A DNA stretch of 64,000 nucleotides, from assembly GCA_951406725.2 (NCBI GenBank), contig OX597839.1, positions 38,688,001 through 38,752,000 of the forward strand, in the 5' to 3' direction. Positions 1 to 11,299 of this stretch are shown piece after piece (the stretch's first letter is position 1; every line of letters starts with the position of its first letter). Below the pieces are notes generated by a model that saw only the letters and a program-made list of their open reading frames with translations, was not told where the DNA came from and made no database searches. The DNA is from Octopus vulgaris (taxonomy: Eukaryota). A program made the translations under genes and the position numbers.

Positions 1-111
1 GATTTTGTGACCACGAATGCAACACTTAAACCACAGGGTTAGCATCAATGCTAAGTAAAAAGACAAAAAAAAAAAAGGAAATAAAAAAAAGGGGCAATGT
101 ATTGACCGTAC

Positions 112-179
112 CTCAAATGTTCGTTCAAAGTTTGCAAATTCAAATAAACGAACTTGAAAACCTTCCTGTAAGGCACCAA
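112..179 (-). CDS. MFN2: Mitofusin coding exon 8
   Basis: ttttttag|...|gtacgg; 68 nt; (V)[22 protein letters not shown]. Confidence 0.95.
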
Positions 180-2890
180 CTAAAAAAAAAAAAAACAGAA
201 AAAGAAAAAAAAAGAGTTTAGATTTTATGATTACATCATGGATTTATGTGGAAAACAAACATTTGCAAATCAGGACAGGTATGGCAAACATGTGGTTATG
301 GGTTCAATCCCAATGCAGGACATCTTGGGCAAATGTCTTCTACTATAACACAGGGCCGACCAATGCCTAGAGGGAATTTGGTAGATGGAAACTATGAGGA
401 AGCTTATATGTGTGTGTGGTACAAATATTAAAAAAATGAGGAAGTAAAAGTGAAAATAAAACAAACAAGGTATTTTAGATTTAAACTTAGCAAAATTAGA
501 AGTGTTTAGCATTTTGAAATTACACTCTGCTACAGAAAGGATAGATTAGGAGAGAGGAAATAGAAAGAAAAGAACAAATGTGTCTCAGATGGTCACTGCA
601 TGCGGAAATGACCAGACAAAAGACAAACTCAAAGACATGCCAACACATACAATATATGTGTGTGGGTATATACACAAAGTCTCAAGGGTAACTGGCCGAA
701 ACTGCTGAGAAAATATGGAACTCGACTGAGGATAGAAAACTCTGAATGACCCGTCCTTTTCTGTATCGTCTAACTGTCCGGATGTTTTGTTGTCACCTGT
801 TACGTTCTTGCTCCATTTTTTGTTTTCTATATATATACACACACACATACACATATATATATGTCTGCGTGGGTGCCCACATTAGCTTCGCACACATGTG
901 TGTGTGTGTGTGTGCACTAGCATAGCTAGTGGAGACAATCCGCTCTAGGCAGCCCTTTTAATGGGGCAGAACTTTTGGGTTTGCTGTAGGCAATATGTGT
1001 TTTTTATAGAGTCTGGGGACAGCAAACGGAAAGGCCGCTCTGGGAGGCACACACTCTAGCTACACTAGTGTGTGTGTGTGTGCGTGCCCACATTAGCTTC
1101 ACACGCAAGTGTGCTAGGTGAGTGTTGTCTCCCTTGCCACCAACACCTCAAGCCAGTAAGGGCATCCTAACACAGAAATTCTAACTCAAACAAACCCTAA
1201 CACTACGATTGATGGTGGTGTTGGGAAATTACAAAGATGCAGTGTCTGTGGCTTGAATATTTTCAATCGTAGGTTTGTTTAATGAGGGGCTGAGCTGGCA
1301 GGGTGGGTGGGTCGGTTAAACAAGAGCAATATCGAATATATGCTGCAAAAGACATTCATTCATACCTATTTCTTTATTACCCACAAGGGGCTAAACATAG
1401 AGGGGACAAACAAGGACAGACATAGGTATTAAGTCGATTCCATCGACCCCAGTGCGTAACTGGTACTTAATTTATCGACCCCGAAAGGATGAAAGGCAAA
1501 GTCGACCTCGGCGGAATTTGAACTCACAACGTAACGACAGACGAAATACGGCTACGCATTTTGCCCGGCGTGCTAACGATTCTGCCAGCTCGCCGCCTTC
1601 ATTTATTCATACCGTTTGGATTTATTTCATTAAAAGACAACAGAAATACTTTCCTACCTGTTGTTCTATGACCATGGTTAGTATCATCATCATTATCAGC
1701 GTCATTAGGCTTGTTTGGGGGCTTAACGAGATTTGTTGAATTAGAATGACTTTGGTCGGATGACCCTCCTGTCACCGACCCACACTTGCCAGGCCGTGCA
1801 GAAATATGTTGCTTGGAGATATGTTTTTCATGGGAAACTGTAAATGAAGGATGCTGCTTGTACGACAGTGAAACTCATTTACAACTGTCAAACAACACCT
1901 GGTACGTTAAAGTTAGGGACAGGCAGGTGTGGTTACAGTTGACATAAAGATTATCAAAGCCCCCCCACCTACCATCATATCCTCTAGGTATGCCATAGTT
2001 ATGGACAGGCAGGCATGGCTAAGGGTAACAATCAAAGAAAGACTTACCTGGTGTTGGCGTTCCTTTATCTTCATGTAACCGGGACATTAAGGCTTCTCGG
2101 GCCGACACAAAGAACACACGGGTTTCAGCATCTTCTGGTCGCACTACATTCAGTTCCTTACCGAGAAATTGGACATTGCGTTCCATGTGCTGTTTTCTAA
2201 CCTGAAACACAAACAGAGAGAAAACTAAAGCAAAACAAAAAACAAAAAAAAAAACATTAAGTAGCTTGTCTACCAACCGCATGGTTCCGGGTTCAGTCCC
2301 ACTGCGTGGCACCTTGGGTAAGTGTCTTCTACTATAGCCTCAAGCCGACCAAAGCCTTGTGAGTGGATTTGGTAGACGGAAACTGAAAGAAGCCCGTCGT
2401 ATATATGTATATCATCATCATCATCATTTAACGTCCGCTTTCCATGCTAGCATGGGTTGGACGGTTCAACTGGGGTCTGGGGAGCCCGAAGGCTGCACCA
2501 GGCTAGTCAGATCTGGCAGTGTTTCTACAGCTGGATGCCCTTCCTAATGCCAACCACTCCGAGAGTGTAGTGGGTGATTTTATGTGCCACCGACAGGCTG
2601 GCGAACGGCCACGCTCGGATGGTGTTTTTTATGTGCCACCGACACAGGTGCCAGACGAGGCTGGCAGATGGCCACGCTCGGATGGTGTTTTTATGTGCCA
2701 CCGACACAGGTGCCAGATGAGGCTGGCAAACGGCCACGATCGGATGGTGTTTGTTACGTGCCCACAGCAAGGAGGCCAGTCGATGCGGTACTGGCTACGG
2801 CCACGTTTGGATGGTTTTCTTGTGTGCCACCGGCACTGGTACCACAAAGATACAAATTCCATTGATGTTCATCTATTTTGATTTGTTTTG

Positions 2891-2924
<34 letters not shown>

Positions 2925-4624
2925 ATGTTTGTGTGTCTGTGTTTGTCCCCCTAGCATTGCTTGACAACCGATGCTGGTGTGTTTATGTCCCCGTCACTTA
3001 GCGGTTCGGCAAAAAAGACCGATAGAATAAGTACTGGGCTTACAAAAGAATAAGTCCCAGGGTCGAGTTGCTCGATTAAAGGCAGTGCTCCAGCATGGCT
3101 GCAGTCAAATGACTGAAGCAAGTAAAAGAGTAAAAAGAGAGAGATTCAATGATTACAACCCGGACGTACACATATATTCTTTTATTCTTTCATTTGTTTC
3201 CATCATTTGATTGTGGCCATGCTGGAGCACTCACTAGGTGCGACATTGCTTAACTTTGATGGTCGGACGAGAACTGGAGCATTCAATGTGATATGCCCAT
3301 AAGCATATAGCATACCATTTATTAAGAGGCCAATAGCTAGCTCACTCATACTTGTATACACACACACACACACCAAGTCTGTAGTGGGGGTGGTTGCTCC
3401 GAGAGTGTAGCGGCTAGAATAAGAATAGCCTGGGCAAAGTTCAGGGAGCTCCTACCTCTGCTGGCAACTAAGGGCCTCTCACTCAGGATGAAAGGTAGAC
3501 TGTATGATGCATGTATGTGAACTACCATGCTACATGGCAGTGAAACATGGGCCATGACTGCAGAGGACATGTGTAGGCTTGATAGAAATGAATCTAGTAT
3601 GATCTACTGGGTGTGTAATGTTAGTGTGCATACATGGTGGTGTGTGAGCACCCTGAGAGAAAAGTCGGACATAGGAAGCATCAAATATGGTGTACAAGAG
3701 AACCACTGTGCTGGTATGGTCATGTGTTCTCTTTCTCTCTTTACTCTTTTACTTGTTTCAGTCATTTGACTGCGGCCATGCTGGAGCACCGCCTTTAGTC
3801 GAACAAATCGACCCCAGGACTTATTCTTTGTAAGCCCAGTACTTATTCTATTGGTCTCTTTTGCCGAACCGCTAAGTGACGGCGACGTAAACACATCAGC
3901 ATCGGTTGTCAAGCAATGCTAGGGGGACAAACACAGACACACAAACACATACATACATATATATACATATACATATATATACGACGGGCTTCTTTACGTA
4001 TGAATGAGGACAGCTGTGTTAAGAAGTGCCACCCCCTAGCTGTGGATGGAACCTGTGGAAGAGGTAGACCCAGGAAGACATGGGATAAGGTGGTGAAGCA
4101 TGACCTTCGAATGTTGGACCTCACAAAGGCAATGACAGGAGACCAAGACCTTTGGAGACATGCTGTGATTGAGAAGACCTGGCAACTAAAGTGAGATCGC
4201 AGTCATGGCCGATGCCAGCGTTGCATGTCTGGCCATTTAAAAGTATCTTTAATGCATCGGGTGATATGATATGCTTGAGAAGACCTGTTGAGTCAAGTAA
4301 AACCAAAATCGTAGCTGTGGCCAGTGGCCCCTGACTGGCTCCAGTACCACATGCCAGTGGCACATAAAAAACACTATCTCAATGTGATCGACGCCAGGGC
4401 CACCTGACTGACTCCCGTGCTGGTAGCACATAAAAAGCATCCACTACACTCTCGGAGTGGTTGGCGTTAGGATGGCCATTCAGCTGCAGAAACATTGCCA
4501 GATGAGATTGGAGCCTTGTGCAGCCGCTGGCTTTCCAGACCCCAGTCAAACTGTCCAACCCATGCCAGATGGAACGGACGTTAAACTATGATAGGTGAAA
4601 TATCCACACAGACGTGCATATATT

Positions 4625-4668
<44 letters not shown>

Positions 4669-7600
4669 ATTAAATACCTACTGCTTCAATATCTTCTTCA
4701 ATAGCCGAAACATCCCATCTGTTTTGTAAGATAAAGATATTTGGTTTAGAGAGTTTAGAGCTGACTTTGTGGAAAAAATTCTTTTCCTGAAATAAAAATA
4801 AAAAATAAATTAAAAAAACATCAATTTTTAGAACTGGATGACGATGATGATGATGATAGTAAGAATGGTAGTGATGATGATAATGGTGATGACGATGATT
4901 ATAGATTATAGGCTAATAGAATGGCTGTGTGGTTAAAGAGCTCACTTTGCAGTCATGTATTTTCAGGTTCAATCCCACTGCTTGGTTCCCTGGGCAAGTA
5001 TCTTCAATTATAGCCCTGGGCCAACCAATGCCTTTGTGAGTAAATTTGGTTGAGGGAAGGTGTGTGAAAGTCCATCAATGTGCAATACATATATATTTGT
5101 TTGTTTGTGTGTGTGTACATGTGCTTTTGTATTTGTACCCCTCCACCGCTTAGTTGGTTTGTTTATGTCCCTGTGATTTAGCAGTTAACAAAAAAAAAAC
5201 TGATGCGATAAGTACCAGACTTGAAGAGTCAGGGGTCAATGTATTCCACTAAGCCCCTCAAGTTGGTACCTCAAGTAAAACAAGTGAAACAAGTAAAACA
5301 TAGTGATGATGATGATGATAGTGATGATGATGCTGGTGATGAAGATAATGATTACAGTGGCAATGATAATCATAAGGATGGTGACGATAACGAATAGTAA
5401 TAACATCATCATCATCATTTAGCGTCCGCTTTCCATGCTAGCATGGGTTGGACGGTTCAACTGGGGTCTGTGAAGCCAGAAGGCTGCACGAGGCCCAGTC
5501 TGATCTGGCAGTGTTTCTACGGCTGGATGCCCTTCCTAACGCCAACCACTCCGTGAGTGTAGTGGGTGCTTTTTACGTGCCACCTGCACAGGTGCCAGAC
5601 GGAGCTGGCAAACGGCCATGGATGGATGGTCGTGCCACCAGCACGGGGGCCAGGCGAGGCTGGCAACAGCCACGATCAGATGGTGCTTTTTACGTGCCTC
5701 AAAGATAATAAAAAGGATGATGACGATGACCGAGGTGAAAATGATGCAAGAAAGTGTAACGTAACAATGTAGAAAGAGTAGCTGATATGAGGGAGGTGTA
5801 GAATGGAAGGAAGGGAGAGTTGTGATAAGTACATGATGGTATAACAAGACAGAGTAGTGGTGTGAGAGTTGAGAGTAGAAGCAGCAGTTTAGCCCCTGGT
5901 CTGCCGTGATCCAGCTGAGACATGATCAAAGAGGCATTCCAGTTGTGATATTCCTGTCTTTATGGATATCTTATCTAAGACAACATTGTACAAGATGTCT
6001 AGCTTTTTTTTTAATATGGTAGTATGCGATTTTGAGGAAATTTGGCTGCTATTTCTAGCGAAGTCAACTGATCACGTAGAGGACCCCTTGATGACTCTTC
6101 TTCTGAGAGTAGGTGAGGGAGGAGCAGTGGTGACAAGAATCAGGAGTAGCAGGGTGAGATATAAGGTACTGAGTAGTGATGTGGGAGGTGACAATAGTGA
6201 GGAGTGGCAGAGAGAGAGAGAGGGGGAGAGGGTGAAAAGTTGCAGGATGAGAGACAAGATAGGGAAAAGTGGTAAGGTGGGAGGAGACACTGGCGAGGAG
6301 TATTAGGGTGAGAGACAAGGTAGAGAGAAGTAGTAATGTGGGAGATGACAAGAATCAGAAGCAGTAGGATGTGAAAGTAGGGAGGAGTGGTAATGTGGGA
6401 GGTGACAACAGGGAGGAGTGGCAAAGTGGGAGACAAAGCATAGAGAAGTGATAAGACAGGAGGAGACAATGATGAGGAGTAATGATTGACAGAAAGGGAG
6501 GGTACTTACAGTTTGCATTAGGGTTGATTCAGCATTGGCAACCAGAACAAAGACATCTGCATCCAAGCAGTGGGCATCAATCCAGTTGTCAAGATCAGGG
6601 GACACATCAATACCAGGGCTGATAGAGAGAAATTGAACACACACATCAATAAACGATCACCATTACCATTGTCATTTTAACATATTTGCTCTGCCGTGCT
6701 GTCATGGGTTGCATGTGACGTTTTGAGGTTTGGCTGCTATATTTTAGCTACCCCTTATGACATGCAAGGATGCAGTATTTATCAGAGGGGAGCTGGCAGA
6801 AATGTTAGCACGCCAGGCGAAATGCATAGCCGTATTTCATCTGCCGTTACGTTGTGAGTTCAAATTCCGCCGAGGTCGACTTTGCCTTTCATCCTTCCAG
6901 GGTCGATAAATTAAGTACCAGTTACGCATTGGGGTCGATGTAATCAACTTAATACCTATGTCTGTCCTTGTTTGTCCCCTCTATGTTTAGCCCCTTGTGG
7001 GTAATAAAGAAATAGGTATTTATCGGAGTGTATCCCTGTTTAAAAAAATTGTGACACGCTGTCTGTGTGGGAAGAGACACGGCTGTGTGGTCAAGCAGCT
7101 CGTTGTGCAACCATATGGTTTCAAGTTCAGTCTCACTGCACAGCACAGTGGGCAAGTGTCTTCTACGATAGCCCAGGGCCAACCAATGAATTGTGAGGGA
7201 TATTTGGTGGGCAAACACGGACACACAAACATATACACACACATTGCCAGCCTCGCCTCTGTGCCGGTGGCATGTAAAAAGCACCCACTACACTCATGGA
7301 GTGATTGGCATTAGGAAGGGAATCCAACCGTAGAAACATTGCCAGATCAGACTGGGCCTGGTGCAGCCTTCTGGCTTCCCAGACCCCAGTTGCACCGTCC
7401 AACCCATGCCAGCATGGAAAGCGGACACTAAACGATGATGATGATGATGATATATATGATGGGCTTCTTTCAGCTTATGTCTACCAAATCCACTCACAAG
7501 GCTTTGGTCAGCCCGAGGCTATAGTAGAAGACACTTGTCCAAGGTGCCACGCAGTGGGACTGAACCCGGAACCATGAGGTCGGTAAGCAAGCTACTTACC

Positions 7601-10600
7601 ACACAGCCACTCCTACACCTATTTATAAATAAATATATACGTAATGTTATAGTCAGTGTTCAGCCAATTTTTGTTGGCATTCTTGTCACAACTTTTCTAC
7701 TAATTTTTCCATATTTCACAATGTTTTCTAGTGTCACAGACAACAATCCCAGAATGGAAAGATTCCTCACACCACACACACAGAAAATGGAAGAAACCCT
7801 GGCACCAAACATAGAGAAACGGCAGGACTTCCTGCACCCCATATACAAAAAGTTGCGTTCTTTCTCTTACCTGTCAACTAGAATTACATCTTCTTTGAGC
7901 AGGCGGCACTTGTCTTTTGGCCAAAGGATCCGAATGCATGCGTTCGAATCAAGCTTCAAGTTGCTGAGGGCGTGGGCCAATTGTTTGATATCCTAAGGAG
8001 AGAAAGAGAGAGAGAGAGTAAAGTAACCACTGAGAACCTCCAAAATATGATCTTGTGAACCTGTTTTATTTATAGCATAACAAAAAGACTCAATGATGTA
8101 AATAGTTGGAGAAAATGAAAAAGAGAGAGAGAGAGGGAGGGAGAAACAGGAGTGAGAGAGAGGAGTGGAAGAGTGAGCAGGTGTGGAGTGAAAGAGAAAA
8201 AGGGGAGAGTGAGAGAGAGAGAGAGCAGAAGAGAGACAGTGAGACAGAAAGTGAGTAACAGAAGGAGCAAGTGAGTGAGAGAAAGCGGGAGCGAGTGAGT
8301 GAGTGAGTGAGTGAGTGAGAGAAAGCGGGAGTGAGTGACAGTGAGTGAGAGAAAGCGGGAGCGAGTGAGTGACTGAGTGAGTGAGAGTGGGAGCGAGTGA
8401 GTGAGTGAGAGAAAGTGGGAGTGAGTGAGTGAGAGAAAGCGGGAGTGAGTGAGTGAGAGAAAGCGGGAGCGAGTGAGTGAGTGAGAGTGGGAGTGAGTGA
8501 GAGACAGCGGGAGCGAGTGAGTGAGTGAGAGTGGGAGTGAGTGTGAGAAAGAGAGTGGGAGCGAGCGAGTGAGTGAGAGAAAGTGGGGGACAAGTGAGTG
8601 AGAGAGCGGGAACGAGTGAGAAAGAGGGAGCGAGCGAGCGAGCGAGAGAGAGAGAGAGAGAGATGTAATATGAAAGAAAGAGAAAGCAAGTGTAAAAAAG
8701 AGACAGAGGAAGACGAAGAAAGAGAGGCAGGCAGTGTATAGACTTACATTGATACTCTTGGGCGTGTCTGAGTCGGCAGTGAGTAAGACAGCCTCGTTGG
8801 AGTCAGACCCTTCGACCTGGAGGAAACAATTTGTGGTGTGCCCTATACCACTTGGCAGTATCTTGTCCCTCAACATAGCATTTATCACAGTACTTTTACC
8901 GTTTGATGTCCTGGCACAGAAGAAATACAACATTAGCAACAACACACCATTAAGTACTATAATAATTTGTTATACAAGTACCAGTCATATCAGGGGGTTG
9001 ATAAGTAACTGACTAAACTCCCTCACCACCGTCCACCAAAAAATATTTTTAGTAACCTGATAGGTACAGGCATAGCTGTGGTCTCAAGCTCATATTCAGG
9101 GTGTCCCAGAAGTTGCGCACCACCCTGGTTCTTTAAAAGAATACACCCTTATTGCTTTCAAAAACACTTTATTGAAATTAATTGTAACAAATGATCGAAT
9201 TGAGCACCCTCTACAATAAAACATGCCGAGAAAATCTATATATATAAAACTCTAGTTGTGTGAGTGTCTGTCCCCTTCGATTTAGATTCCTAACTACTCC
9301 CACATTTTGCGGTGCAGTTTAACCAAATTCGGGTATCTTATAGTCGTGATTCATATCGAGCCCGTCTGGCTATTAGCGCGCGTCTACGATGAGTCTACGA
9401 TTTAAAAAATAATTTAACATCATTTTTTTATTCCATTTTAATGCATAATTTTTCGTGTGTCAATGGCGGCGGAGTTGGCGTCCATGGTCACACCTGCACC
9501 TGTGTTGCTTCTCCCCTTCTTCCCTCCCTCGTGAAGCTGTGGGGAAGGGAGTGTAAGGAAACCAACGTCGTAAAGCGTTGTCAAGGAGACCAGCGTTCTT
9601 TTAGAACAACGACTTCATGGCTTGAAGACACCAAAACAGAAATGGCTAAGAAAGCCCGAATTGGCATCTATAAGGGAAGTAACTCTCTAAAAATGCTTAT
9701 ATAGTTATTTCCCTTACAAACCCGAGCAACGCCGGGCGATACTGCTAGTATATAATCAAATAAAATGCTTTAATTATTTTAAATGAAAACCAGAATGGGA
9801 CACCCTGTATAATGTCCCTAATTATGATTAGTGTACACACACACACACACACACACGGATGAAAGGCAACGAGGGATCTTCTTCAGGGTTGTTTGATTGC
9901 TAGAAATAGCAGTTCCCCCACCACAAATTGTTTGTCATCATTTTAAGTAATGGAAGGATATATTAGATAGGTGCAGTCATGGCTGTGTGGTTGAGAAGCT
10001 TGCTTCCAATCATGTGATCATGGGTTCAATCCTACTGCATGGCACCTTGGGTAAATGTCTCTTAACTACTAATGCTCCAGGCCAACCAAAGCCTTGCAAG
10101 AGGATTTGATAAACGGAAACTGAAAGAAGCCTGTCATGTGTGTGTGTGTGTGTGTGACACTCTGTAAAGTGATTTGTATTAGGAAGAGCAGCATGAGTAT
10201 CTTTCTACATTGCACCAGAATGGGCGCTTTTCTGTGGCCCCAGTGTGGGTCAGAACCCGGGTGTACAAAACCCCAGGTGGCATTTCGATGGGTCCCTTTA
10301 TGATAGTTCAAATCTCACTGAGATTAACTTCACATTTCAACCCTTTGGTAGAGTATCATCATTATCGTTTAACATGCTCTTTCCATGCTGGCATGGGTCG
10401 GATGGTTTGACAGGAGCCTGTACCTGACTTCTGTGTTGGTTTTGGCATGGATGCCCTTCCTAACACAAACTGCTCCACTGAGTGGACTGAGAGCTTTTAT
10501 GCGTCACAAGCACAGATGAGGTCAGTTTTGGCAAGGTTTTTACAGTGGGATGCCCTTCCAAGTGCAACCACTTTACAATATGGACTGGATGCTTTTTACA

Positions 10601-11266
10601 TGACATCAGCCTAGGCAGGGTCATCAAGTAACTTGCAAAACAAAAATCCTTTGAGAGAGGAGGGGACACTGGAGGAGGTGACCTTTTGCCAGATGATGAA
10701 AGGATATAGTGAGACAAAGAGACAGAAACGGGTGTTTTGCTGTAGAGGGGGTACAAGGCAAGCTGGCATGAGGTTGATAAAAGAAATCTCCATCATGCAC
10801 CTGGAAAGATCTTATCCAGGATCCAGACCCAGACAAGGTTTTCTATCCTTTAACCCTTTAGTATTTAAACCGGCCACATCTGACCAAAATAGTTAATCTG
10901 TTTTATGTTCAAACTGATCAGATCCAGGCTCTCACGCCTACCCTACAATGTTATTCTACATTAAGTAATTACACCATCAAGATCTTGAAGATATGAGATA
11001 ATGCATGATTAATTCAAATCAATGGGAATCAATAAGCATTATGTTTGATTGAATAATCTGAACACTAAAGGGTTAAGTAGACATTAAAACAATGATGATG
11101 ATAGGCGCAGGAGTGGCTGTGTGGTAAGTAGTTTGCTAACCAACCACATGGTTCCGGGTTCAGTCCCACTGCGTGGCATCTTGGGCAAGTGTCTTCTGCT
11201 ATAGCCCCGGGCCGACCAATGCCTTGTGAGTGGATTTGGTAGACGGAAACTGAAAGAAGCCTGTCG

Positions 11267-11299
<33 letters not shown>

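Noticed and set aside
676-830. Possible hammerhead remnant (ggccgaaactg) in a TA-flanked element
   Set aside because: No CUGANGA-like core or helix II partner is visible.
1452-1739. Recurrent [25 protein letters not shown] and [16 protein letters not shown] peptides as a gene family
   Set aside because: These are antisense translations of SINE B and SINE A copies.
8070-8945. 291-aa ORF as a single CDS
   Set aside because: Only 8748-8910 is exon; the rest is read-through into an intronic satellite.
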